In this document: in pieces, positions 11,524 to 23,764 of the stretch
Position numbering within the stretch: the first letter of the stretch is position 1
Layout of the letters: every line of letters starts with the position of its first letter
Assembly: GCA_030704615.1 (NCBI GenBank)
Contig: CM060734.1
Coordinates: 17,918,001 to 17,982,000, forward strand
Reading direction: 5' to 3'
Length of the DNA stretch: 64,000 nucleotides
From: Takakia lepidozioides
Taxonomy: Eukaryota > Plantae > Bryophyta
Position numbers and translations under genes: made by a program
The notes under the pieces: generated by a model
Databases searched by the model: none
Told to the model about the DNA's origin: nothing
What the model saw: only the letters and a program-made list of their open reading frames with translations

Positions 11524-13345
11524 TATTTTTTTCTCTCTGGCCAGAGCTGACGGTCCTGAATTTTGGTATATGGTTAATTGTGGTATAGTTCATATCCAAT
11601 CAAGGTCTTCATTTTGACAAATACATTAAACGTTATGTCTGTTTACATCTTCCTCTTGACGTTCTTTATTTTTCGCATCAAGCTCTATAAATTCTTTGAT
11701 ATCTTCCACAAGCTCTTTCACAGGTTTCTCTATGTGCCGTAGTGCATGTATTGTAAGGTTAGGTTCAAACCGCAACAAGTCGTAGAAACCATCTGTCGAG
11801 CTTCTGTCATTCCCAATGCCCTGATGGACAAGCACATTAACCAAGAACCAGAGGTCAAAGCTGCAAGGTGATGCGAATATTCAACCCAAAAGTTAGGCTT
11901 ACAGCTTCTGGGGATTATCTTCCCGAATTTTGGTATATGGTTTTTTCCTCTTGACGTTCTTAATTTTTCTCATCAAACTCTATAAATTCTTTGATACCTT
12001 CCACAAACTCTTTCACATGTTTCTCTATGTGCCGTAGTCCACCGATGATTGGAAAATGGGCACAAAACAAAGATGGGTGGAGGAACCTACGTTGACAAGA
12101 ATTTTTTGCATTCTTAACAATATGTTAAGAATCTAAAATACTTGGACATCCAACACATTGAATAGTGCCTTCATTTTGCAATCACAAAAAACAATGGATT
12201 GAAGTTTTATGCACTCAAGCTTTCTGGTGGGAAGCATGGAATCATTGAGATTAAAATGAACAAGTATGGCCAAAAACTGAGGATGAGATATAATAACTAC
12301 GACAATGATCTTTTTCACTGTCTTAAGTGTATTTGTCAGACTTGTCTTTCTTTATTTAAATGGCCGCTGATGATCCCGATTCCGGCGATCCCATTTTTTA
12401 TTTTATTTTTTTGAAAAACAATCGGGACCTCCAGAGCTGACGGTCCCGAATTTTGGTATATGGTTAATTGTGGTATAGTTCATATCCAATCAAGGTCTTC
12501 ATTTGACAAATACATTGAACGTTATGTCTGTTTACATCTTCCTCTTGACGTTCTTTATTTTTCGAATCAAGCTCTATAAATTCTTTGATATCTTCCACAA
12601 ACTCTTTCACAGGTTTCTCTATGTGCCGTAGTGCATGTATTGTAAGGTTAGGTTCAAACCGCAACAAGTCGTAGAAACCATCTGTCGAGCTTCTGTCATT
12701 CCCAATGCCCTGATGGACAAGCACATTAACCAAGAACCAGAGGTCAAAGCTGCAAGGTGATGCGAATATTCAACCCAAAAGTTAGGCTTTCAGCTTATGG
12801 GGATTATCTTCCCGAATTTTGGTATATGGTTAATTGTGGTATAGTTAATATCCAATCAAGGTCTTCATTTGACAAATACATTGAACGTTATGTCTGTTTA
12901 CATCTTCCTCTTGACGTTCTTTATTTTTCGAATCAAGCTCTATAAATTCTTTGATACCTTCCACAAACTCTTTCACGGGTTTCTCTATGTGCTGTAGTGT
13001 ATGTATTGTAAGGTTAGGTTCAAAAAACTGAGGACGAGATATAATAACTACGACAATGATCTTTTTCACTGTCTTAAGTGTATTTGTCAGACTTGTCTTT
13101 CTTTATTTAAATGGTCGCTGATGATCCTGATTCCGGTGATCCCATTTATTTTATTTTATTTTTTGAAAAAAAATCGGGACCGCCAGAGCTGATAGTCCCG
13201 AATTTTGGTATATGGTTAATTGTGGTATAGTTAATATCCAATCAAGGTCTTCATTTGACAAATACATTGAACGATATGTCTGTTTACATCTTCCTCTTGA
13301 CGTTCTTTATTTTTCGCATCAAGCTCTATAAATTCTTTGATACCT
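11190..13345. repeat. Complex tandem mosaic repeat (partial units of ~200-500 bp, some LINE-like segments)
   Basis: GAATTTTGGTATATGGTTAATTGTGGTATAG...CTTCCTCTTGACGTTCTTTATTTTTCG...CTCTATAAATTCTTTGATA recurs at ~11558, 11924, 12448, 12814 and 13200. 11190-11450 recurs at 13683-13940. Confidence 0.85.
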
Positions 13346-13680
13346 TGAGCTCTAGCGCCACTATGTTGGTTCTAACCCGGTGAAGGTATTCACGGACAAT
13401 GTCACGGTGAAGTATTTTGTCACACAACCTAAGTTGTCCCCAAAACAAATTAGGTGGCAAGGGCGTTCCGCGCCATACCACCCCACCCGAAACCCTAAAC
13501 CCTAAACCCTAAACCCACCGCAAGTGAGTATTTTCACGATTGCACAAGCCTAAGAAGTCGATCATCATAATGTGAGGCGACACTCTACCAAAATCAAACA
13601 GTAATGTCAACCTAACTTATGTTCACCACAGATTCCTTCTGTCAGCGAGTTACTAGTTAGACACAAGTACTTCTACCCTG
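13345..13680 (+). mobile_element. Chimeric module: Gypsy RNase H fragment + fixed junction + (CCCTAAA)n + unique tail
   Basis: Near-identical inverted copy at 38719-39040; same RNase H/GGGCGTTCCGCGCCATACCACCC junction at 15846-15880. Confidence 0.8.
13490..13516 (+). repeat. Interstitial plant telomere-like repeat (CCCTAAA)x3
   Basis: AAACCCTAAACCCTAAACCCTAAACCC. Confidence 0.85.
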
Positions 13681-14008
13681 CTCACCATTAATTTACAGCC
13701 CTCTTACCTGGAATAACTTAGCCATGGAGAGGGCTGATTTTTTTTTTTTTCAAAAAATCGAATGGGTGTCCACATCCGCCTTTAGCCCTTGAGGTCTTCT
13801 GTCTGTTTGCATTAAGCATCCCACAGGTTCTGTTACCCATGTTCAGTAAACCTACTTCGTTTTGCTTACTCTCACGTATTGGACAATGAGAGTCATAATA
13901 ACCAATCAACGAAAATGTATTTGTTAGACTTGTCTTTCTTCTGATGATTGGAAAATGGGCACAAAAATAAAATAAAAATGTAACATATGTTCTTTAAAGT
14001 GGTAAGTT

Positions 14009-14345
14009 ATGAAAACCTTGGCATGGTGCCGCTTCTAAAGCAACTTGTTGGCATCAAGTGGTGGCACGGCCGATCGGTACATCAAGTTCTGGAACACACA
14101 CACTGAGGCATGTCTGAACTATATTGACACAAATTCTCAAGTATGCTGGCTCTTTTTCTCATGTTATGATGTCCAGTATGTCTGCTTATTTATCCTGTAT
14201 TTTCTGCAATTATATCAACCCACCAAAATCCGATCTAAGTCACGTGGACATTTGTCAAGTCTGTGCTTTGCAGTGGAACAAGCATGAAAGAGAAATTTTA
14301 AGCTCACATGGTTTCAGTCAAAATCAGCTGTGCTTGATGAAGCAT
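14009..14345 (+). pseudogene. CDC20: CDC20/Fizzy WD40 gene fragment (two exons, intron retained)
   Basis: [42 protein letters not shown]|[26 protein letters not shown]. In-frame TAA; 3' splice site reads CAA instead of CAG. Confidence 0.85.
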
Positions 14346-14447
14346 TACCATCACATCGAGCCATTTCTGATAAGCTATGACATGTAATGCTCATGAGCAG
14401 TGACATACGCTTATTTTTTGTTTGGGCGTATCATCCTCCTCTATAGA

Positions 14448-15285
14448 CATTACAACATATCGCGATAGTTATGACTGCCAAACTGTGGTAGTCATGGTTT
14501 TCATGACTTTGACCATGATTGTACCATGTTTTTATATGAAATTGACCTCCCGCAGTCGTTCATACGACTGTAGTCATATGAACGACTATCTAAATAGTCG
14601 TCTGTATGACTACATGGCTCCGAAATGGGCGGAAGGCTGGTCAACGACAATTAACCAGATTTAGCTCACCATTCATATTCATTTCCATAACTACAGTGTA
14701 CATGGATGAGGTTACATAGTCATGATGAATACTAGGGATTTTGTAATTTGGTGTGTATAATACAATTAAAACACCATATGATCATATGAATGACTAATGG
14801 GTGTATTGGTTAACAGGTAGTGAACTATAACTCTTATAGTAAAGAGGTTGCAGGTTCAAACTCCTCTAAGTACAATCAAATGGATAGGGTTAGTAGGCGA
14901 GCTAGGGATAGCACGTGGTACCCTAGATGGACTGCCATGTGGTTTTTTCGTTATTATAAAATGCATTATGCCACGTGGCACAATGCGGTGCGACGCGGCG
15001 TTTGACACATGTTTTTATTTTTTTCAGTTTTTTTAATTTAATTTAATTTTTTAAATCAATTGCCCCTCGCCACGTGGCGCGGCAGCGGCGGCTGCAGTAT
15101 GGTATATATGACTGCAGTGAGAGATATCACTTGGTTCATATGACTGTAGTCATCCGGACCGTACCATCCTGTACTCATTGTATTGACTTGGTTTGCACGA
15201 CTTATAGTCATAGAAGTCATATGTACCGTTTATGACTGCAGAATAGTCATATATACAGTCATAAATACCGCGATCTGTTGTAGTG
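14448..15285. mobile_element. Non-autonomous CACTA (En/Spm) element, 838 bp
   Basis: TIRs CATTACAACATATCGCGATAGTTATGAC / GTCATAAATACCGCGATCTGTTGTAGTG; 3-bp TSD AGA on both sides; subterminal ATGACT/AGTCAT repeats. Confidence 0.9.
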
Positions 15286-15359
15286 AGACGTAGTTCTACT
15301 ACCACAGAGAGTGCGACATGATGATCGTCCACCTTTGGCGGTGGTCAATCGAGGTTATC

Positions 15360-15676
15360 TACCCATCTTTGTTTTGTGCCCATTTTCAATTCATCAGTGG
15401 ACTATGACACATAAAGAAACCTGTGAAAGAGTTTGTGGAAGGTATAAAAGAATTTATAGAGTTGGATGAGAAAAATAAAGAACGTCAAGAGGAAGATGTA
15501 AACAGACATAACGTTCAATGTATTTGTCAAATCAAGACCTTGATTGGATATGAACTATACCACAATTAACCATATACCAAAATTCGGCACCGTCAGCTCT
15601 GGCGGTCCCGATTTTTTTTCAAAAACAAAAAATAAAAAAATTGGGATCGCCGGAATCGGGATCATCAGCGGCCATC
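15360..15676 (-). repeat. Inverted copy of the 11.4-13.3 kb mosaic unit
   Basis: Reverse complement of ~12360-12630 and ~12030-12080. Confidence 0.85.
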
Positions 15677-15845
15677 ATCGCCGGTCTACTGAGCTCAAGA
15701 TAAATTTTCTATAATTCTTGTTTATCTTAGATAAAATTTACAATTTATCTGTAGGCATAAGCGTAGGGGGAGGTTGACAGATATTTTGACCGTGGTGCTG
15801 GGGGAGTGATGAGTGCGTAGGATGCCAAAAGCCACCCCTCCTCGG

Positions 15846-16110
15846 GTAGGGTGGTATGGCGCGGAACGCCCTTGCCACCTACAACTTAGGTTGTGTGACA
15901 AAATACTTCACCGTGACATTGTCCGTGAATACCTTCACTGGGTTGGAACCAATATAGTGGCGCCAGAGCTCAAGGCAGTGCACCAGCTCTTTCATTTCTT
16001 TCTCATGCATAGGCCACCGCCGCTCCACTTCGTTCAGTTTTTTACTTTCGTAAGCCATTGGACGTCCACTTTGCATTAGCACACCGCCAATTGCGAAGTC
16101 CGACGCATCC
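15846..16110 (-). mobile_element. Ty3/Gypsy RNase H fragment
   Basis: DASDFAIGGVLMQSGRPMAYESKKLNEVERRWPMHEKEM...HCLELWRHYIGSNPVKVFTDN; same family as 62960-64000. Confidence 0.9.
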
Positions 16111-17724
16111 ATAAGAAAAAAGAAGTGACTTCCCTGGGAGTATTCAACCAGGAATCCTAAACCCTAATACACTATTTGTAGTGATCAAGGGAATGGTGCA
16201 GTACCTATACTGCATTGCACCTACCTTGGAAAGGTTCAGTACACTATGGGTACTGCACCCATGCGAGTTGCATTGTGCATTGGCCATTGACCCTTTTATG
16301 ACTCTAGTTGAGTTTTTGTCAGATTCAGCGTTGATCTCAATCCAGAACAAAGAAAATGATGCAAACTTGGGTTGTGTTATGTTCATTTGCAACAGATCAG
16401 ATAGAAACTCAAGTAGCGTGCTCACTTACAAACGATGTTCATTTGTTGCATTCGTTTCGCCTGCGTCCATGCCCAATTTCAGCTCCAAAATGAGTTGTAT
16501 GGGTCGGTGCCACATTGCACTCAAGACTTCTCTCAAAGTAGGCTCCTGGGCCTGATAGTGCACGTGCACAGAGCACAATCTAGAAAGAGAAAAATCAGTG
16601 CCCAGTGAGGATTCACGATTCAATTTTTTTCGTCTCTCTCACATTCAGGACAAGGCTAAATAATGTACGGTTATCCCGTAGGTCTAGTTTTTGTCACAGA
16701 GCTCGCTACCCAGGCATTGCTAAGACTAGTACCTTACAGAGACCTTACATAGTAAGTAAAATATATGGTCCACCCTTGCTGGCAAACCGAAGTACTCTCA
16801 TAGTCAATGGCATCCCATTCTACACATTGAAGATCTTTACTAACCCTGCACATACATGTGTAGTAACTAGAGTGGAGGTAATGGATGGGTGGATTTTGAG
16901 AAAAATCTTTTCGATTAGCCCTCTGCGCCGTCCAGCCTCATTACGATGAGGCTACACGAAATTGAAGGTGAAGTGTCAAAGCCTAGAGATGTATAATGTT
17001 TACCACACAAGGATCTCTATACTAGATTTGGACAAGTTTATTCAACTGCAAGAGACCAATTAATTTCAAAGCTCCATTTCGATACATATTTGAAATCTCC
17101 GGTTACAACAAGGCTCATTCAGTTTAAGTATTAAATATAGATTGAGAGGTTTACCATTGTCCTTGTAAACGGGCTGTAACGGACCACCCCAACATCCAAG
17201 AGCTTCAAAGCAGCCATATTATCCAAATCCTCAAAAGCGAGCACTGCGATTCTCGCTCATGTCATCCCGCAACACATAACAGTGTGTAAAATTGCATGCA
17301 ACCTCTTCCTACACTGACACTTTGGGTGGTTTTGGTGATATGTTCCTTGATTCCCTTGCTGCATGTTTGTACACCCTGTCTTGTTTGTGCTCATGCAAGA
17401 GGACTTGCCACAGTCTATTATAGTTTGGGATTCACACCTGGGCTGGATGCTGTCAAAATTAATGTGTCCTCTCAAAAGTCCTTCTTTGGGATTACATTTG
17501 GAAAGAGACCATTTGGAAGACAGCCCACGGTGATCAGACAACCTGCAACTTTTTAGGGCTGCTTTGAGGACTCCACTGATGATTGGAAAAGGGACACAAA
17601 ACAAAGATGGGTGTGCACCATGTAAATTAACCCAATCGCACAATATGTAATACAACGTTTTGCAGAAATGTTGGCCTTGTCTATCATAGGTTTCGCTTCG
17701 ATGATTATTGCGTATCCAATGCAG

Positions 17725-18345
17725 CTTCCAGCTCAATCGGGGAAGCTCTTCCAAACAGTTAATTAACCGTCTACCATTAGAATTCAGCTCGTCCTCGCCA
17801 AAAGGCCCAATGGTATCATCCTGATGGAGACCTTTGCCCACCCGGGCATTGAAGTCACCCAATAAAAGGAACTTAGCACAGTCCAGCTTTACGTCTTCGA
17901 AGGCGTTGTCTGCGTCAGCACTAAGGGTCCCCTCTGTGGGCATGTAAACACAACCCACAAAGAGGTCCTTTGTACTCACGCCGCCCTTCAGATTCAGTTT
18001 TTGCCAAAATACTGCGCTCATACCACAAACCCTTGTTGATAATCTCACAATTGTCACACAAGAAATCATGGACAAAGAATCCAACCCCTTTTTTACCACG
18101 TTTGGCAGAGGCTGCCTTAAGAGCGCACATCTTACCTATCCACTTATAACCATTGACATCTCCAACCAAGTTCGTCCGGAGTATCCCATGTCTCTTGCCC
18201 AGCACAGATATGAATGTCATTTGCCCGAAGAACTTGTCCCACTTCGAGTTGTTTCCTTTGGTTAGTCAGCCCTGAGAAATTGAAAGTGCCCAGCCGTAAG
18301 CCAGCCCTTTGCATGTGAATTGTTTGTCGTCTAAAAATACTCATA
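17725..18345 (-). mobile_element. LINE ORF2 AP-endonuclease fragment (frameshifted)
   Basis: LGTFNFSGL...ICAGQETW...GVGFFV...CVYMP...LLGDFNARVG...NSNGRRL. Confidence 0.85.
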
Positions 18346-18930
18346 GCTGACTGTTTGTAGTGCTTCCCATGGGATGGTGCACTACATGGACTGCACTGTA
18401 CCTACCTTGGGAAGGTGCAATGCAATACGGTTACTGCACACATGCGAGTGGTATGTTGCATTGGCCATTACACCAGCAATGACTTCAGGTGAGTGCGTGT
18501 CCAATGCAGCATCCAAATCAAGCCGGGACTCAAACAGTAATGTCAACCTAACTTATGCTTACAACTTTATCTTCAAAGAACATCTGTTACACTATATTGT
18601 TTTGCACGCCATTTGGAAGAAATAAAAAGTGACTTCATCGGGATCAGTATCCAATTCAACCCCAAACCCTAAAGCCTAAGAGTCTTTTTGTAGTGCTTTC
18701 CATATCCAATGCAGCTTCCAGCTCAATCGGGAACCAAAAACACTCATAGCTAACTGTTTGTAGTGCTTCTCATGGGATGATGCATTACCTGGACTGCACT
18801 ATACCTATCTTGGGAAGGTGCAGTGCAATACAGTTACTGCACGCATACAAGTGGTATGCTGCATTGGCCATTGCACCCGCGATGACTTCAGGTGAGTGCA
18901 TGTCCAATGCAGCATCCAAATCAAGCAGGA
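18338..18930. repeat. Direct duplication of a ~190-bp unit; diverged third copy at 16170-16300
   Basis: ACTCATAGCT.ACTGTTTGTAGTGCTT...GGGAAGGTGCA...GCAGCATCCAAATCAAGC at ~18338 and ~18741. Confidence 0.75.
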
Positions 18931-19385
18931 CTCAAAGCAAGTTCATACGAGTTTTTGGTGATGCATTTTGGGCTCACCAACGCACCCATGACCTTTAGCA
19001 CACTCATGAACAGCCTTTTCCAGGAGTGGTTAGATGACTTTTGTGATTGTGTGCATCGACGACATCTTGGTGTACTCGAAAACAAAGGAGGACAACCTGG
19101 AACACCTCAAAAGAAGTTGCATGAAGGGAAGCTCTATGCCAAAGCTTCAAAGTGCGAATTCGGGGTCACGAAAGTGGAGTTCTTAGGGCATGTGATTACA
19201 CATGATGAGATCAAAATGGATGACAGAAATGTGAGGCGATCTTGGACTGGGAACCTCCGACTTCGGTCTCGGAAGTGCGTTCCTTTCTGGGACTTGCCTC
19301 CTACTACCGAAAGTATGTGAGAAATTTCGCCAAGATTGCGGGGCCGCCTGTCAGACCTTCTTTGTAAGTCCAAGGTATGGGTATG
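18930..19385 (+). mobile_element. Ty3/Gypsy reverse transcriptase fragment (frameshifted)
   Basis: YEFLVMHFGLTNAPMTF...IDDILVYS...KCEFGVTKVEFLGHVI...[15 protein letters not shown]; same family as 63700-64000. Confidence 0.9.
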
Positions 19386-20235
19386 AAACATTTTTTTGTG
19401 GAAATTATCACAGTCCATAAAAAAGGACGTTATGGATTTTTTTTTTTAAAATATAGGATACAAAACAAAATTACGATAATGGACTCTCCCTCTTTTGCTT
19501 TGAAGAATGAGGAATTTGGAATGAAAACATTCATTCAAAAATGTGAGGTAAAAAAAATATATGTATTATTTTGAGCCTAGAAAATAACTATTTTCACATT
19601 TGTAGCCCAATGGTAATTGACAAATCTTCATGGAAGGCATTACACATTTGCGGTGATGTTGAGCGAAGCAGATCTAAGAAGCAAAAGACGGAAGTGGTTG
19701 TGGGTTCAATCCACCCTTGGTGTCACAAAGGTGTCCACCTTCCTAGCGAAATAATATAATAATAATATTTGACGCTTCCTTTCGGAAGCGTACATTATGG
19801 TGTCTCTTCACCCCGAAAGGTTACTGCCTTTGTGCCTCTCTCCTAGTTTCTTAATCAATCTTGTGTTGATAATTTTTTCCTTGCTCATTCTCTTTCCATG
19901 AAGGATTCACAAAAAAAAGAAAAACTCGTGCTATCTTGAAACCAATACAAAGAGATCAAATTCACATATAGCTTTCAATTCATCACAAGCTAGGGCTCGC
20001 ACACATTTATGGAAAACACTCATGCTTGTTAGATGTTGAACACACGGTGAACTGGAACCATGTCGCATGTGGCATTAAAAAAACATTCTTTCATTCTCTA
20101 TCTCTGTTTGTCTCTCCCATACATATAGGTTTCTATCCTTAAAAATTTCTCTTCTTTCATTCTCTCATCCCAACAGAATTTCTATAGCCAACGAGCTATA
20201 TCACCTACCGGTGATTATAATATTTGTTATACAAG

Positions 20236-20882
20236 ATGACAAATAATACGGCCAACAAGAGACAGGTAGCTAAAATAAAGAAATGGTTAGGGGGTCGTAA
20301 CAGAGATCCAGATGATCGTGAGCACGCCGACCGATATTTTCTGACATATTTCTGCAAAAATTGTGATTTATATGATAGATACAAAGATTTCAGACCAGGT
20401 GAATTGTGCTTATTGTGCCCGGGTCGAGGTGGACGTAACCTATTCTCAACAATACGTGATCTACTAAATCATTGTCGCACATTCAAAAGAGTCCATGTAC
20501 TGGAGCATAAAGCCTATGGTTCGGTGATTGAGGAGGTATGCGGTCCACATCAAGGAGGAACCTCATAACTAGAGTGCCACGGGAAAGTCCCACCATGCCG
20601 GGGATTGTACTTGGAGCTAGTGATAGCGAGTCCGAAGAGAGCTTTGGGAACCAGGGTGCTTCGTCTGAAGAAATCAGCTCACGATTGCCGTCGAGTGTGT
20701 ATCAAGCTTCTACGTGGGGGTCGGATCAGCCGGAATGCGCAGTTTGTTTGGAGGTCATTGAAGACCAACAGTCTATTATACAACTGCCAGCGTGCAATCA
20801 TACCTACCATCAACATTGCATTACGAAATGGTTGAAAAAATATTTGAAATGCCCTGTTTGCCGAGATAAACTTGGAATTTAG
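20236..20882 (+). CDS. zf-XS-like Zn finger + RING-H2 protein, copy 1 (175 aa if 20536-20654 is an intron; otherwise frameshifted)
   Basis: N-part CLLCPGRGGRNLFSTIRDLLNHC...EHKAYGSVIEE; C-part CAVCLEVIEDQQSIIQLPACNHTYHQHCITKWLKKYLKCPVCR (C3H2C3). Phase-0 GT..AG pair restores the frame. Confidence 0.6.
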
Positions 20883-21109
20883 TCAATTAAATTCCAATAC
20901 TAGCTCAAGAGGATAGAAATCGACGTAATATGAATTAAAATGTTGGGTTTAAAAATAAAATAAAATAAAAAAGAAGCAAAGTCCCATGATGTATTGCATT
21001 TAGGTAAAATGCTGGTTTGATAAAGTAGGAAACAAAATGTACCTAACATGTTTATCCGGCCACTATCCGGCCACTAACACTAGAACTTCTTGAAAGAAGC
21101 ATGGATAGA

Positions 21110-21700
21110 CTGCGCTTGTCTCGGCGCTTTTGACAGTCTGCACAACACTTATTCCACACTTTCTTAGATTATGTGATAAGGTCTTTGTAGATGCATAATA
21201 GAAGGCTGGAAGTTGAACGAGTGTCTCTCGAGAATGTTCTGGAGCAGCGAGCCCTCCACAGGTGCCACAGAGTGAAAGCTACTGCCTTCCGGCTGAAAGG
21301 GGGACACCTATATGACACACCAACCGGTGATTTGAACCCACAACCACTTCCCAGGTGGTATGTGCCCTTTACCACTGGGAGTTTGTTCTCTGCTTGTGGC
21401 AGTTGTAAACTTAGTAGTGTTGGGAGGGACGTGCGGTGATGGGACATCACCAGTTCAGCCATCACTCCGCGTTATCATTCTGGCTCGCAAATGAGCCATT
21501 TCTTTGGCATGTTCATAAGACACCACTTTGGAGGCTGGATATGGCAATGCAAAGTTTTCAAGTGCGCAGCGTGGCTTTTCATCACAATCCAGCCTATGGA
21601 GATTTGGCGAAAACCTTCGTTAGTGCAATGACATTACAAGACATTAGGATATAATAACCATGGTATTGGAGTGGTAGCGCGAGGAAGAAGACCCGACTGG
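21110..21700 (-). mobile_element. Degenerate L1-type LINE ORF2 C-terminal fragment
   Basis: AFTLWHLWRARCSRTF resembles the L1 C-terminal W-x-L-W-x-x-R-N/C-x3-F motif. Confidence 0.5.
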
Positions 21701-22267
21701 TCTGTTTTGCGCCAGGGTTTAGAAGTCCATATATCCTACCCCACCAGGGTATTGCTGGGTTTTGCCCTTGTAGGTATCCGCCTGGTATGATCCTTCATAC
21801 CATTACCCTTACCTTAGTTGATACCCGCCCAAGACCTATATACCGGTCCAACACTGGTGTCCACCTTCCTAGCGAAATAATATAATAATAACATTTGACA
21901 AGCGTACATTATGGTGTCTCTTCACCCCGAAGGGTTACTGCCTTCGTGCCTCTCTCCTGGTTTCTTAATCAATCTTGTGTTGATAATTTTTTCCTTGCTC
22001 CTTCTCTTTCCATGAAGGAATCACAAAAAAAAAAAACTCATGCTATCTTGAAACCAATACAAAGAGATCAAATTCACATATAGCTTTCAATTCATCACAA
22101 GCTAGGGCTCGCACACATTTATGGAAAACACTCATGCTTGTTAGATGTTGAACACACGGTGAACTGAACCTTACAAATTTCTTTTCTTTCATTCTCTCAT
22201 CCCAACAGAATTTCTACAGCCAACGAGCTATATCACCTACCGGTGATTATAATATTTGTTATACAAG

Positions 22268-22915
22268 ATGACAAATAATACGGCCAACAAGAGACATGTA
22301 GCTAAAATAAAGAAATGGTTAGGGGGTCGTAACAGAGATCCAGATGATCGTGAGCACGCCGACCGATATTTTCTGACATATTTCTGCAAAAATTGTGATT
22401 TATATGATAGATACAAAGATTTCAGACCAGGTGAATTGTGCTTATTGTGCCCGGGTCGAGGTGGACGTAACCTATTCTCAACAGTACGTGATCTACTAAA
22501 TCATTGTCGCACATTCAAAAGAGTCCATGTATTGGAGCATAAAGCCTATGGTTCGGTGATTGAGGAGGTATTGCGGTCCACATCAAGGAGGAACCTCAGA
22601 ACTAGAGTGCCACGGGAAAGTCCCACCATGCCGGGGATTGTACTTCAAAGCTAGTGATAGCGAGTCCGAAGAGAGCTCTGGAACCAGGGTGCCGCGTCTG
22701 AAGAAATCAGCTCACGATTGCCGTCGAGTGTGTATCAAGCTTCTACGTGGGGGTCAGATCAGCCGGAATGCGCAGTTTGTTTGGAGGTCATTGAAGACCA
22801 GCAGTCTATTATACAACTGCCAGCATGCATGCATACCTACCATCAACATTGCATTACGAAATGGTTGAAAAAATATTTGAAATGCCCTGTTTGCCGAGAT
22901 AAACTTGGAATTTAG
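22268..22915 (+). CDS. zf-XS-like Zn finger + RING-H2 protein, copy 2 (putative intron 22568-22687)
   Basis: As copy 1; all indels between the copies' coding spans fall in the putative intron. Confidence 0.6.
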
Positions 22916-23764
22916 TAAATTAAATTCCAACACTAGCTCAAGAGGATAGAAATCGACCTAATGTGAATTAAAATGCTGGGTTTAAAAATAAAATAAAATA
23001 AAAAAGAAGCAAAGTCCCATGATGTATTGCAGGTAAAATGCTGGTTTGATAAAGTAGGAAACAAAATATACCTAACATGTTTATCCGGCCACTATCCGGC
23101 CACTAACACTAGAACTTCTTGAAAGAATGGCACCATTTGAGATTTAACTCTTCCTCCCCTTCAATAATTTAACTACTAACAATATAGTTATTTGGCTAGA
23201 AATAATGTGATGTTTTGGCTAAAATATATTTGGGTTTAGCCAGAACTTGACGTGGCCTTCTGTCTTGCCGAGAAACAAAAACTTGGCACTCGCTGGCATC
23301 CTAAAAATGTGAAGAAGAAAAAAATGTAAGAAATCATAAAACAATGAGGTTCATTGGAAGTAGGAGGCCGGGGCTAACTGATCTGCTACCTTTGTCACCA
23401 TGCCTAATTGAAAATGACTTTTCATCAACTCTGTAATAAAATGGCGAAGATCAAGTGGGCCATCTTCATTGTTTTCTTAATTGGAGGACTTTGCAATGCC
23501 AAAATCTGAGACCTTGAGCACAACTCTCCAGCAGATTTAAGGTTCATTAGTATCAAAAGTTTCATGTCCTTCATAGTAATTGGTCATGTGCGGTCATAGA
23601 CATTTCTATGATAAAAAAATTCAAGAAAATATTAGATCATTATCAAGGTAAATAATGCATTTGCTTGAACCTGGCAAAGCACATGTATAAATCCATATAA
23701 GATGTAATCTGAATTAATTCCCTGGGTAGATGTCTCATTGATCATGCATTGGAGAATCAAGAAC

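Larger units (their letters stand above)
19731..23128 (+). repeat. Direct segmental duplication (19731-21098 vs 21856-23128)
   Basis: Both copies begin GTGTCCACCTTCCTAGCGAAATAAT and end CACTAGAACTTCTTGAAAGAA; near-identical apart from small indels. Confidence 0.95.

Noticed and set aside
11626-13192. Repeated short ORFs (MVNVLVHQG.., MKKIIVVVII..)
   Set aside because: Products of tandem DNA repetition; no recognisable domain.
21712-21856. Possible hAT MITE (CAGGGTTT...AACACTG)
   Set aside because: Short imperfect TIR and no 8-bp TSD.
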